Counted from the first letter of the whole stretch, positions 29,446 to 40,133 are shown. The stretch: 62,409 bases of DNA, filler included, from an uncultured Methanosarcinales archaeon (GCA_964434475.1; 3 parts of 3 records of this genome joined end to end with filler, not necessarily neighbours in it), one strand, 5' to 3'. Program-made: numbers and translations. Notes: generated by a model from the sequence alone, not told the origin.

Positions 29446-30900
29446 CTATATCTTAGGAAAAATCAAGATAAAGGTCGTTCCTTTCCCTAATTTGCTGTCG
29501 ACTTCTATGCTGCCATTATGCATATCAACAATCTTCTTCACTATCGCCAAACCGAGTCCTGTACCTTTTACAGTACGAGTCATATGATCTCCTGTGATCT
29601 GGTAAAACTTATCAAATAATTTAGGCAGATGCTCTTTTGCTATCCCTTTACCTTCATCCTTAATTATCATCTGCCATTGTTTTGAAGTGTTTTTAAAAGT
29701 CACATAAATACTGCCTTTGTCTGTGAATTTAGCAGCATTACTTATAATGTTAATGAATACTTGCTTGATCTTATCAGGATCACAGACAACTTCTGTATTT
29801 TTAGGAAATTTGAAATCAACTGAAATTTTTTTCTTTTCAGCTAACCCATAAAAAATAGGATTATTCAATTCTTTGAGGTTGAATTTTGCTAAACACAAAC
29901 TTAATTTATTGGATTCAAGTTTGTTCAAATCCAAAATATCGTTTATCAAGTTAGATAATCTATCTGTTTCCTTACCAACAATGTCTAATGCTTCTTTTTG
30001 TTTTTTGCTTATTTTGCCTAAAGACTTATTCTTCAGCATTGACGCATATAATTTGATAGAAGTTAATGGTGTTCTTAATTCGTGCGAAACAACAGAGACA
30101 AAGTCATCTTTCATCCTGTTCAATTCCTTTTCATGCTTGTATTTAAGTTGAGACTCCTTTAGCTTAGATTTCAAAAAAACCTTGTCTACAAGCTTAAGAT
30201 ATATTGCCCTGGTGAATAGAATAGCAGACAGAAAAGGCCAAGGCTGGACAAATACGCCTAATCTTGCCGAGGAGCTATTGAAAAAAATATAATTGAGCAG
30301 GCTTGTAAAAGGCGCTACAGAATACAGGAAAAATGCTAAAAAGATATTAAGCTTATATTTTAGTTTTTCAGAAGTATAAAATAATCCAAACATAGGCTTT
30401 CCAAGTATCAATAATTTAAGTACAAGAAATATTGCAAAACCCGGATATTGATCAAACACCACATAGTTTTTGGTCAATGAAATTATCCACATAAATCCAA
30501 CAAAAAAGGTAAAAAATAAAATTATAAAAAAGTCCCTTAAAACATCATTCTTCAATTTAACCTTATTCTGGATCATAGGATATATGAATGCATTGGACAA
30601 AAGCACCAAAGCGAACAATTCTAATGCGTGATGGGTCAAAGGCATAAAAGCATTTATATTGCTGCAGTCAAAGTTTGAAAAAATCATAAAAAAAAATATC
30701 ACAGAATTAACAAAAGCCTGCAAAGACAACGCAGAAAATGCAACAATAAGATATTTATATTCATGCTTTTTGCTCCGGTTATACTCTGAAATCATCATAT
30801 AAGTTATGAGAGTAAATATTAGCAAATATATGAAATTCTTGAAAAGAATTCCAGAAGGTTGACCTAAAAATCTAAAAAAAGAATGCAAAACATCAATCAT
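29446..30900 (-). CDS. Membrane sensor histidine kinase
   Basis: About 7 TM segments; H-box SHELRTPL, N-box NIISNAAKF, D.GKGI, F-box LFDKFYQ, GTGLGL. Confidence 0.95.
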   Translation of the reverse strand: MIDVLHSFFRFLGQPSGILFKNFIYLLIFTLITYMMISEYNRSKKHEYKYLIVAFSALSLQAFVNSVIFFFMIFSNFDCSNINAFMPLTHHALELFALVLLSNAFIYPMIQNKVKLKNDVLRDFFIILFFTFFVGFMWIISLTKNYVVFDQYPGFAIFLVLKLLILGKPMFGLFYTSEKLKYKLNIFLAFFLYSVAPFTSLLNYIFFNSSSARLGVFVQPWPFLSAILFTRAIYLKLVDKVFLKSKLKESQLKYKHEKELNRMKDDFVSVVSHELRTPLTSIKLYASMLKNKSLGKISKKQKEALDIVGKETDRLSNLINDILDLNKLESNKLSLCLAKFNLKELNNPIFYGLAEKKKISVDFKFPKNTEVVCDPDKIKQVFINIISNAAKFTDKGSIYVTFKNTSKQWQMIIKDEGKGIAKEHLPKLFDKFYQITGDHMTRTVKGTGLGLAIVKKIVDMHNGSIEVDSKLGKGTTFILIFPKI

Positions 30901-30902
30901 TA

Positions 30903-31271
30903 TCAATCATCTTCAGCCAATTCCTTTGCCAAACCCAATAAATCTTCAGGTTCAAAAGGTTTTGTCAAATATCTGTCAGCTCCGACCAAAACACCTTTAT
31001 CCTCATCTAATTGCTGATTCTTAGCAGTAACCATCAATATCTTTATAGCTTTTGTCTCTTCATCCTGCCTTAGATGATAACAGACATCATATCCACCGCG
31101 ATTAGGCAGCATAAGATCCAGGATAATCAAGTGCGGCTTCAGCTCTTTTGCTTTTTTTAATCCTTGTTCACCATCAGCAGCATAATGTACATTAAAATCA
31201 TTTCCCAGAATAATACCCTCGGCTCTAGCTATATTCTCTTCATCTTCAATGATAAGTACGTTTTTTTTCAT
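30903..31271 (-). CDS. Single-domain response regulator
   Basis: VLIIEDE, LDLMLP, MVTA and KPF; SD GAGGTG. Confidence 0.95.
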   Translation of the reverse strand: MKKNVLIIEDEENIARAEGIILGNDFNVHYAADGEQGLKKAKELKPHLIILDLMLPNRGGYDVCYHLRQDEETKAIKILMVTAKNQQLDEDKGVLVGADRYLTKPFEPEDLLGLAKELAEDD

Positions 31272-31394
31272 AGCAAAACACCTCAGGAACATAGATTTTT
31301 GTATTGATTTAAAAATTTTATGAGATTCTATCAGATATTATAGAAAAATATATAAAAAGAATAAGATATATCATTTAACAAAAGAGGTGTTTTC

Positions 31395-31829
31395 ATGGCA
31401 AAAAAGAGCACTAGAAAAAAGAACAAAAAAATAACAAAAAAGGTAAAACCAGATCATTCTTTAAATGTTGCATTGGCTATCTTCGCTGTAGTACTTATAC
31501 TATATTCATTCAATATGAGCCCAGAACTGAAAAACACAACACAAAGCCAAGAAAATCAGATTGAACAACAACAATCAAGAGTTGAAAAACCATCCCGACT
31601 GGAAGTTCCCGCACATTTAGACGCATGCAATGACGCAGACGGCAAGGATTATTTCACAAAAGGGAAAATGATAACATCAAAAAATAAGGGTGCGAACACA
31701 GATTCGGAATATATAGATTATTGTGAAGGTAAAAAAGTGGTAGAATATTACTGTCAGGGAGATATGGCAAAAAGCGTCACGCATTTTTGTGAAAAAGGAT
31801 GCAATGACGGAGCTTGTATAAAAGCTTGA
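31395..31829 (+). CDS. Membrane-anchored protein with Cys-rich extracellular motif
   Basis: Basic N-terminus, one TM, CNDADG.DYFTKG...DYC...EYYC...CEKGCNDGAC. Confidence 0.75.
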   Translation: MAKKSTRKKNKKITKKVKPDHSLNVALAIFAVVLILYSFNMSPELKNTTQSQENQIEQQQSRVEKPSRLEVPAHLDACNDADGKDYFTKGKMITSKNKGANTDSEYIDYCEGKKVVEYYCQGDMAKSVTHFCEKGCNDGACIKA

Positions 31830-31837
31830 GCTTTTCT

Positions 31838-32305
31838 CTATATTTTATTATCAATATAAGCTGCTGTTTCATCCAAAGGATAATCTCTAGTATTTCGTAC
31901 AAATGCTTTGGTACATAAAGTATTATCATCATAATTTATCAAAGCTGTTTTTAAAGTTGGAAATACCTGTATATTCTCTATTCTTTTTTATGTGTTGATA
32001 AACAATATATAGTACATTAAATCATTCTCAAATAATATATTTCCTTTTGGTAAATAAATTTAAAATTCTTCAGTAATCTTATCATTATTGATATCAAGAT
32101 ATATATGGCCATTTATATCAGTATACATCTTATCAAAATAATCCTCTTTGTTTTTAAACTCCCCTATTTTTTTAATATACTGGTCATCTTTTTATGATAC
32201 CTAAAATAATATACATAAGCATTGAAGAAGAAATGATAAGAAGCACATAGAATAAAATATATTTTTTTTGCTTTAGATAATCAATAAACAACAATATTCA
32301 CCATA
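31838..32305 (-). pseudogene. Decayed gene (single frame with scattered stops)
   Basis: One frame reads KDDQYIKKIGEFKNKEDYFDKMY...*IYLPKG...*KRIENIQVFPTLKTALINYDD...IDNKI*, with only two internal TAA stops over about 118 codons. Confidence 0.5.
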
Positions 32306-32455
32306 TTCTTATAAGGAAAACATTATTTTGAGTGCAATACACTATATAATCTTTCTCTATATATCAAGATTATATCCTCAAATTCATCATATTAAGAACG
32401 CTACGCCTTTTTAAAAAATTAATGAGCTTCATCAATAAGCTCAAACCAAGCATTT

Positions 32456-32950
32456 TCAGTACAATATCCCTACCAACACACCTTCAATCTGTTCAAACCG
32501 TATCTTTCCAGGATCTGGCTGAGGATTATTGTCTCCTTTGACTACAGCATACCATCCTTGATCATCTTCAGATATCTCAATTATCCTATGTATTATAAGG
32601 CCGTTAGCATATTTGCTTCTGTAAGATATAATATCTCCAATACTCAGATTATTTTCATGTTCTGGCTTAAGCTCTATACTGTTAGAAGAAACATCTAAAA
32701 ATGGGTCCATAGAATTAGTATCAGTAAATTCTGCCCATTCTGCATCTTTAACATCTATTATTATCCGGTCTTCATAAACGTGTATCTTATCTTTTTTTAT
32801 CCAGTCACCAGGAGAACTTTTTTCCCTATTAAAATCCAAAGCATAAGGCACTTCTATATTTTCAAAATATATCTGGCTGTATACACTATTTGAAAGCCAG
32901 CCTAATAAAAATATTCCAATCAATATAGTAAATGCTATAGGTTTATTCAC
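32456..32950 (-). CDS. Signal peptidase I-like (S26) protein
   Basis: N-terminal TM, TNSMDP (Ser), GDIISY, IIHRI (His) and KGDNN..D. Confidence 0.75.
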   Translation of the reverse strand: MNKPIAFTILIGIFLLGWLSNSVYSQIYFENIEVPYALDFNREKSSPGDWIKKDKIHVYEDRIIIDVKDAEWAEFTDTNSMDPFLDVSSNSIELKPEHENNLSIGDIISYRSKYANGLIIHRIIEISEDDQGWYAVVKGDNNPQPDPGKIRFEQIEGVLVGILY

Positions 32951-33235
32951 TCATATCCCTCTAAATCAATAAAAATTCCTAAAATATGACCAATCAATGT
33001 AGCAAGCTACAGGACATACGCCAAATTTTTTTGATACACAATAGGAATTTTTAATATTACAAACTGAAAACCCTTGAAAAGCAAAAGGTTATAATAACCA
33101 GTTTGTAATTAACACCAGAATCTTTTTTAAAATAAATAAAGGATAAAAACTTATAAATATAACGGATTTATTTACTGATTAGTGATTATTTCATACCGAT
33201 AGGTTTTTAAATAAAGAACAATTTGAAAATTGACT

Positions 33236-34039
33236 ATGACCTGGAAGATAAAACAAATTCCAAAAAAACTACCTGAACTTAATAACCCAATCCTTATCGA
33301 AGGTCTGCCAGGCATAGGTAATGTAGGAAAGATTACGATAGATTTTATTAAAGAAGAATTAAAAGCCAAGAAAGTTTATGATTTCTTTTCATATACTTTT
33401 CCGCATTCTGTTTTTGTAAACGATAAGAATCTTGTTGAACTGCCAAGCATAGAAATGTTCTATGTCGCTTTTAACAACAAGAAGAAAAATGACCTGCTAC
33501 TGCTGGTAGGAGATGTACAGCCTATAGATGAAAAAAGTTCATATGAGTTTTGCGAAGAATTATTGAATATCTCAAAAAAATTAGATGTATCAGAAATAAT
33601 AACATTAGGAGGGGTAGGACTGCAATCTGTTCCTGAAAAACCTAAAGTATACTGTACTGCAAACAACAAAAGAATAATATCTAAATATATGAAAGGATGC
33701 AAGCTAAATAACAAACTATATGGAGTTGTAGGACCCATAGTAGGGGTTACAGGGTTAATGATAGGAATGTCTGAAAAAAAGGACATTTCTGCTATAGCGC
33801 TGCTTGCTGAAACATTCGGACATCCTATGTATTTAGGAATAAAGGGTTCAAGAGAAATCTTAAAGATACTGAATAAGAAACTAAATATAAAGCTGAATCT
33901 CAAAAAATTAGAGGAAGAAATCAAAACATTAGAAGCTGAAGCAGTCAGAAAAGTCGGCGATTTTTCCCAGATAAGCAAACAAAGCGCCTTGAAGAAGATC
34001 AAACAAAGGATGGGAAAGGACGTTAATTATATAGGTTAA
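33236..34039 (+). CDS. PAC2-family proteasome assembly chaperone
   Basis: LIEGLPGIGNVGK, GDVQP, ITLGG, GPIVG..G and C-terminal YIG. Confidence 0.9.
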   Translation: MTWKIKQIPKKLPELNNPILIEGLPGIGNVGKITIDFIKEELKAKKVYDFFSYTFPHSVFVNDKNLVELPSIEMFYVAFNNKKKNDLLLLVGDVQPIDEKSSYEFCEELLNISKKLDVSEIITLGGVGLQSVPEKPKVYCTANNKRIISKYMKGCKLNNKLYGVVGPIVGVTGLMIGMSEKKDISAIALLAETFGHPMYLGIKGSREILKILNKKLNIKLNLKKLEEEIKTLEAEAVRKVGDFSQISKQSALKKIKQRMGKDVNYIG

Positions 34040-34134
34040 ATCTCAGGGTTATATTCTATCACTATTAAGAAAACATTTTAAAGATTATTATACAAGCATA
34101 TTCTATAGGAGAATTATAAAAATAAAAAGATACA

Positions 34135-36258
34135 TCACTCCTTATGCTTAAGTTCAACATCATCTATAATATATCTTGCGGTATTTTGATTCTCTTCCTG
34201 TATATATGCATCTTTAACAATTATCTTTTTCATAAACAAAGGACAATCCAGCACAAGACTTTCAAATTCCCCTCCTTCTCCTGCTATGTTTAAGCCTATA
34301 TTATTGTTCAGTTCAGAAAGCTTGTCTATTTCTTTATTTGTTATTATTTTTCCAAGCCAAGTTTTATCAAGCCCATAAGCTGCAATAGAACTAAATATTA
34401 TTTCAAAATTATTCTTTATCACGCTTCGCATCTCTAATTCCTGATCTATGTGCCACAAAGGAGAAAAAACCTTTAGACCAAGCTGTTCGCATATCTTTTC
34501 TATCCTCTGTCTTTGGTAATCACTATACAAAGCGCCTGTAACTATACCATCTATGTTGTATTCTTGTTTTGCTTTTTCTATTGCTTTCCTTAGGTCATCA
34601 AGTTCTATCTCTTTCTTACCTTCTGTTTCTTCTATTATTAGAGGAAATTCCATCGCCTCAGCTTGTTTTTCAACAAGATTAATGTTAGGCGTATGGAACA
34701 TATAGCTGTCAGGATTTTTGCTCTTTATCGATATCAAACAAGTCAGTTCATAATTCATCTGGTTCATGGTATAAGCAGCATATGCACTGTCTTTGCCACT
34801 GCTCCACAATACGCCTAGTTTTTGGTTAACAGGACCATAGAATCGTTTCAGGTATTCTGATTTTTTTTCTTTTCCTGCTAATTTTTGTATAGCCTTATGC
34901 AATTTACTTCCGTACTGTGCAGCCACCTTTTTTCTGAAAGCATATCTTTTGTCTAAACCTAATTTTTCAGAAGCTTTGCGTAGAACAATCTTGCAGCCTT
35001 TATCATCTATCTTATACTTTGAAGGAATCTTAAGACTGTATTCTATGAGGTCAAGGTCAAGGAAAGGGCTTCTTAATTCTATATCGTTATACATAGTTAT
35101 TACATCATCCCTATAAGTATCCCTTTCATAAAGCTTCCTTAATCCAGCCAAACATTCCTTATTTACATTCGAACTTAGCTTGTGTCTTTCATATCCGCCA
35201 AATATTTCCTCAGATCCTAATCCTGAAAATATTACCCTAATCTTATCTTTTTTCGCTTGTTCACAAGCAGCAAACATAGTCAAACCAACTCCAGCCTTTA
35301 TAACATTGGATGATTCTATCAAAGGCAGCAAAACCTTGAGTTTTTCTTCTACCTCAGTCAGATTAAGTTTAGCTGCTTTCAACGCAAAACCATATCTTTT
35401 TGCTATCTCTTCTGCAAAATCCAGATCCTGGCTTTTAGAGAAATTTCCATGCTCTAAAGCGCTTGTATAGCAGATAAAATCCTTTCCTAATTGTTTTGCG
35501 ATGAATGCAATTATGGTCGAATCAATACCGCCTGAAAAAAGTATACCAAACTTTTGGTCAGGAATACGTTTCTTTATGGCTTGTTTAAGTTTGATTATAA
35601 TTTCATCGATAATATTTTCTTCATCTTCTGTAATCTCAGGAAATATGTCAAAAAAATTTCTTTTTATCTTTTCTAATTTATTTGTTTTTATGCAATATTT
35701 CAATAATAATCTTGGATTCAACTCTTCTATGTCATGATACTCTTTATTGCCCAATGTTTTCGCCAACACTTTTTTTTCAGATGCAAACAGAAATTTATCC
35801 TTATGGTAAATGAATAAAGGCTTTTCTCCTATTATATCTCTTGCCACGTAGATTTTACCATCTTTCCAATAAGCAAAAGCATAAACACCATCCAGCATAT
35901 CAAGAACTTCTTCAACAGGATTATTTTCAAGAAGATTAAACAGAAGCTCAGAATCATTTTTGCAGTCAAAGTCAAATTTTTTATCCAGTTCTTTCCAGTT
36001 GTATATTTCGCAATTTGCAACTAATTTACCTTTGCCAACAAAGGGCTGAGGTATTTTATCTCCTACAATAGAATGCAATGTATGGGCCAAGATATTATTG
36101 CCTTGAATATTGAGATTGTTCAGTTCTTTATCATATACTGCATCTTTTTCATTGCAGATACCAAAAAAATCTTTTCCTCTATTTCTAAGTAGATCTAACT
36201 GTTTCAAGACTATCTTATCTGCATAATTTATGTTGAATAATCCCGTAATTCCGCACAT
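34135..36258 (-). CDS. Asparagine synthetase B-like domains fused to diphthine-ammonia ligase (Dph6)
   Basis: N-terminal MCGITG, NCEIYN, ARD..GEKPL, FSGGIDS, EIFGGY and RSPFLD; C-terminal WSSGKDS, SYMFH, GALYSDYQ and GEGGEFES. Confidence 0.88.
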   Translation of the reverse strand: MCGITGLFNINYADKIVLKQLDLLRNRGKDFFGICNEKDAVYDKELNNLNIQGNNILAHTLHSIVGDKIPQPFVGKGKLVANCEIYNWKELDKKFDFDCKNDSELLFNLLENNPVEEVLDMLDGVYAFAYWKDGKIYVARDIIGEKPLFIYHKDKFLFASEKKVLAKTLGNKEYHDIEELNPRLLLKYCIKTNKLEKIKRNFFDIFPEITEDEENIIDEIIIKLKQAIKKRIPDQKFGILFSGGIDSTIIAFIAKQLGKDFICYTSALEHGNFSKSQDLDFAEEIAKRYGFALKAAKLNLTEVEEKLKVLLPLIESSNVIKAGVGLTMFAACEQAKKDKIRVIFSGLGSEEIFGGYERHKLSSNVNKECLAGLRKLYERDTYRDDVITMYNDIELRSPFLDLDLIEYSLKIPSKYKIDDKGCKIVLRKASEKLGLDKRYAFRKKVAAQYGSKLHKAIQKLAGKEKKSEYLKRFYGPVNQKLGVLWSSGKDSAYAAYTMNQMNYELTCLISIKSKNPDSYMFHTPNINLVEKQAEAMEFPLIIEETEGKKEIELDDLRKAIEKAKQEYNIDGIVTGALYSDYQRQRIEKICEQLGLKVFSPLWHIDQELEMRSVIKNNFEIIFSSIAAYGLDKTWLGKIITNKEIDKLSELNNNIGLNIAGEGGEFESLVLDCPLFMKKIIVKDAYIQEENQNTARYIIDDVELKHKE

Positions 36259-36357
36259 AAAAGTAATTTAAAGAGGAGTGTTTAAAAAAGTTTTGATGAA
36301 ATCTATAGTTTTCAAAATAGAATTATTTATAAATAGAACATATACAACATATATCTT

Positions 36358-37356
36358 ATGCAAGGAGTAAATAATCTAATAGAAATAGTAAAAGGATGCG
36401 AAACAGCATATAAGATCGCAGGCATAAGAAAAGCAAAAGAATTGATTCTTGAAAAATCTCATATAATGACAAAGGCTTTTGAACAAATTCTTTATCTAAA
36501 TATAACTAAAGATAAGAATTGGATCCATCAGACCAAAGCGATGAAAAAACTAGGTTTTGAACAACCAGTACTGGCTGCAATGTATATGATATCACAGCTA
36601 GAAGAGATGGATTACAAAAAATTGGACATGGCCTTTAGAACTCCGGTATTTACAGAAGATAAGCTGGAAGTTATCCCCTCATACAACTTCGATAAACAAG
36701 TATTAAATTTAGACATAGGAATAGTATCAAAAGAAAAGATAATTCCTGCTTATAATGTAACATTGTCCAATATTGTTTCAAATTGGAAAAAGACAGAATC
36801 AATAATACCTGAAAAGGATATAATAAAACAATCTGAATCATATTCTATAGACTCTATAGCGATTGGTTTGATTTCAGGATATATGTGGACCGCAATGCAA
36901 AAGATGCAAGGTCCAGGAATAAAGAAAAAATTTCAGGACATAATAGAAAGAAAAGAGCCAGAGTATAATAAAGAAAAATCAAAATTAGAGAATATTAAAA
37001 ATAACGAAGGCAAAGATTCAGACAATTATAATAATCAAAAAATAATTTTGGAACAGATAAATGAAAAGCTGCTACCTGCAAAAAGGAAATTAAAATTTAT
37101 CAAAGGAACTAATGAAGCATTTGAAAAAGGATTATTTCCTATGTATTCTAAAATAATCTTAGAAAAATATAAAAAAATAGATGAAAATTATGAATTAGAA
37201 TACTCATTAAATCCTCTTAATATGAGAATCAGAGGGGATAACGGCACAGGAAAAACGTCAGTAATAATAAAACAAAATAATAAAGCAGTCATGCAGGCAA
37301 CTTTTAGTCTAACTTATGTCACAAAAGAAGATCTATTAAAAAATCTAAGACAATAG
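36358..37356 (+). CDS. Hypothetical protein with MaoC-like hotdog motif
   Basis: KDKNWIHQ..AMKKLGFEQPVLAAMY...MAFRTPVFTEDKLEV parallels MaoC GD.NPIH...A...GF..PIAHG...F..PV..GD.L. Confidence 0.5.
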   Translation: MQGVNNLIEIVKGCETAYKIAGIRKAKELILEKSHIMTKAFEQILYLNITKDKNWIHQTKAMKKLGFEQPVLAAMYMISQLEEMDYKKLDMAFRTPVFTEDKLEVIPSYNFDKQVLNLDIGIVSKEKIIPAYNVTLSNIVSNWKKTESIIPEKDIIKQSESYSIDSIAIGLISGYMWTAMQKMQGPGIKKKFQDIIERKEPEYNKEKSKLENIKNNEGKDSDNYNNQKIILEQINEKLLPAKRKLKFIKGTNEAFEKGLFPMYSKIILEKYKKIDENYELEYSLNPLNMRIRGDNGTGKTSVIIKQNNKAVMQATFSLTYVTKEDLLKNLRQ

Positions 37357-38838
37357 ACTCTTTGCCATAACTTTCGGTTTCTTTATATCCATCAGTTCCA
37401 ATATGGTGGGTGCTAGGTTATATAATGCACCATCCTTTAGCTTATGTTTGCTGTCCTTTTCCACCAAAGTGCAGTACACGTCATTAAGAGTATGAGACGT
37501 CTGGTATTTGCCACACATCTCTTCACAATTGCCGTGGTCTGCAGTAACAAGCACTTTAACATCTTTCTGCAAACATTTTTCTATTACTTTCTTCATGCAT
37601 TTATCAACAGTTTCTACTGCTTTTACTACTGCTTTCATAGAGCCGGTATGTCCAACCATGTCTCCATTTGCATAATTTAAAACTGTCAGATCATATTTAC
37701 CTATTGTCGGCAATAACTTCTTTGTTATCTTATATGCACTCATTTCAGGTTTTTTGTCATAAGTAGAAACTTTTGGACTAGGTATCACTATCCTGTCTTC
37801 ATTTTCAAAAGGATTTTCCCTTCCGCCATTGAAGAAAAAGGTTACATGCGCGTATTTTTCAGTCTCTGCTATCCTTAGCTGTTTTTTTCCTTTTTTTGAC
37901 ATTATCTCTCCCAAGGTATTTTTAGGCTCTTGCGACTTAAAGACGACTTTTGCATCAATATCCTTATCATACTGTGTAAGGCATATAAAATCCACAGGAA
38001 TATTTTCGCGCTTGAAGTTCTTGAACTTATCTTCAGTAAATGCTCTCGACAATTCTCTTGCCCTGTCGCTTCTGAAATTAAAGAACACAAAGCAATCATT
38101 TTTATGAACTAGATCCTTTTCAGTGATTATCAATGGCCTGATAAATTCATCTGTTTCATTGTTCTTGTATGCCCAGTCTATAGCTTTGACAGGATCATCA
38201 AATTTTCTGCCTTTTTCATTGACTATACAGTCATAAGCCTTATGCTCCCTATACCATCTTTTATCTCTATCCATAGCATAATATCTACCTATTATTGAAG
38301 CTATCGAACCAATTTTATTCTTCTTCATAAACTGCAGCAATTCTTTGATATATTTTTTTCCACTTTTTGTCGGTGTATCTCTTCCATCAGTAAATACATG
38401 GACATAAACATCCCTAAGCTTATGCTTTTTTGCAAGCTTCAGCAAAGCGAAAAGATGATCTATATGGCTGTGTACACCAGCATCTGACAACAAACCCATA
38501 AGATGCAGTGCTTTGCCTTTTTTCTTCACTTTCTTGAAAGCTTTATTCAATACTTTGTTTCTGAAGAAACTTTTATCCTTTATCGCCTTGTTTATGCGCA
38601 ACAAATCCTGGGGAATCATCCTGCCTGCACCCAGGTGCGTATGTCCTACTTCTGAATTACCCATATAGCCTTTCGGTAGTCCAACACTTTTTTCTGCTGC
38701 ATGCACTACACAAGTAGGATATTTTTTGTGTATATTGTCATAATAAGGTGTTTTTCCTTGTTTAATTGCATTATTTTTCTTGCTCTTGCGTATTCCCCAA
38801 CCATCAAGAATCATCAACAAAACTTTTTTATCTGCCAT
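37345..38838 (-). CDS. gpmI: 2,3-bisphosphoglycerate-independent phosphoglycerate mutase
   Basis: ILDGWG, MGNSEVGH, DGRD, GRYYAMDRD, AETEKYAHVTFF, DMVGH and TADHGN. Confidence 0.97.
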   Translation of the reverse strand: MADKKVLLMILDGWGIRKSKKNNAIKQGKTPYYDNIHKKYPTCVVHAAEKSVGLPKGYMGNSEVGHTHLGAGRMIPQDLLRINKAIKDKSFFRNKVLNKAFKKVKKKGKALHLMGLLSDAGVHSHIDHLFALLKLAKKHKLRDVYVHVFTDGRDTPTKSGKKYIKELLQFMKKNKIGSIASIIGRYYAMDRDKRWYREHKAYDCIVNEKGRKFDDPVKAIDWAYKNNETDEFIRPLIITEKDLVHKNDCFVFFNFRSDRARELSRAFTEDKFKNFKRENIPVDFICLTQYDKDIDAKVVFKSQEPKNTLGEIMSKKGKKQLRIAETEKYAHVTFFFNGGRENPFENEDRIVIPSPKVSTYDKKPEMSAYKITKKLLPTIGKYDLTVLNYANGDMVGHTGSMKAVVKAVETVDKCMKKVIEKCLQKDVKVLVTADHGNCEEMCGKYQTSHTLNDVYCTLVEKDSKHKLKDGALYNLAPTILELMDIKKPKVMAKSLLS

Positions 38839-40060
38839 ATTTTACCCTCTTACCAATCTTTTCTTCGATTCTCAATAATTGATTATATTTACTTGTTCTA
38901 TCGCTTCTGCAAGGCGCACCTAACTTTATCTGACCGCAGCCAAGAGCAACGGCCAAATCAGCGATAAATGGATCCTCTGTCTCTCCGCTCCTATGACTTA
39001 CCATAACATGCCATTTATTTTTCATAGCATACTTTGCTGCTGTAATAGCTTCTGTCAATGTACCTATCTGATTAACTTTCAACAATAAAGCATTGCAAAG
39101 TTTTTCTTTTTTAGCCATCTTTATGCGCTCAATGTTTGTAACAAGCAGATCATCTCCGACAATCTGAGTATACTTTGGACCACGTTTCATCATATCTTTC
39201 CAAGAAATAAAATCATCCTGATCAAAAGGATCTTCCAAAGAAACGATAGGATACTTTGCCATCAGATCATAATAATGCTCTGCCATCTTTTCGCTATTTA
39301 ATTTCTTACCTATATCATAATAACCGTTCTTGTAAAACTCAGAAGCTGCAGGATCCATAGCAATCTTAACTTTTCTAGAGTAACCAGATAAATCAAGGGC
39401 TTTAGTTATCAAATTTAGAGCTTGATAAGCATCCTTGACAGGAGGTGCAAAACCGCCTTCATCTCCTACATGAACCGCATTTTTGCCGTATTTTTTGGCA
39501 ATAACCTTTTTCAGAATATGATATATTTCAGAAGACATTCTTGTTGCTTCAGCAAACGATTTTGCCTTCACTGGAGCGATCATGAATTCCTGCATCGCTA
39601 ATTTACCTGCAGCGTGCTTACCGCCATTGATTATATTGCAGAAAGGAACAGGCATCACTCTTTTTGTACCTAAAACTTCATACAACCATCTGCCTTGCTT
39701 GCATGCATCACATCTTGCAAAAGACATGCTTACTCCTAACATTGCATTAGCACCAAGCTTGCTTTTGTTCTTTGTGCCATCCAATCTAATCATGAAATTG
39801 TCTAACTCTTTTTGTGTAAATCTTTTATTCTTTAATTTTCTTTTTAGTATAGCATTAACATTATGCACAGCTTTTAGCACACCTTTACCCATATATTTCT
39901 TGCCGCCGTCTCGTAATTCTAAAGCTTCATGAATACCGGTCGAAGCACCGCTAGGAACAATAGCTTTACCCATATGTTTTCCACTATGAACTTCCACTTC
40001 AATAGTTGGATTTCCCCGAGAATCTAGTACTTGTCTTGCATGAATGTTTGTGATTATCAT
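38828..40060 (-). CDS. eno: Enolase
   Basis: DSRGNPT, VPSGASTG, GDEGGFAP, KVNQIG and SHRSGETED. Confidence 0.98.
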   Translation of the reverse strand: MIITNIHARQVLDSRGNPTIEVEVHSGKHMGKAIVPSGASTGIHEALELRDGGKKYMGKGVLKAVHNVNAILKRKLKNKRFTQKELDNFMIRLDGTKNKSKLGANAMLGVSMSFARCDACKQGRWLYEVLGTKRVMPVPFCNIINGGKHAAGKLAMQEFMIAPVKAKSFAEATRMSSEIYHILKKVIAKKYGKNAVHVGDEGGFAPPVKDAYQALNLITKALDLSGYSRKVKIAMDPAASEFYKNGYYDIGKKLNSEKMAEHYYDLMAKYPIVSLEDPFDQDDFISWKDMMKRGPKYTQIVGDDLLVTNIERIKMAKKEKLCNALLLKVNQIGTLTEAITAAKYAMKNKWHVMVSHRSGETEDPFIADLAVALGCGQIKLGAPCRSDRTSKYNQLLRIEEKIGKRVKYGR

Positions 40061-40133
40061 TAACATTACCTCTTTTTAAGAATATTATATAATCCTGTAT
40101 TTATATATTTTGTTATAAAAAGCATAGATAAAA

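Noticed and set aside
31838..32305. Stop-codon reassignment to explain interrupted frames
   Set aside because: Conserved genes in the window end normally at TAA, TAG and TGA and contain no internal stops.
32423..33099. Short palindromes (TGAGCTT-N7-AAGCTCA; GGTTAT-A-ATAACC)
   Set aside because: 6-7 bp stems are expected by chance in AT-rich DNA, and there is no supporting context.
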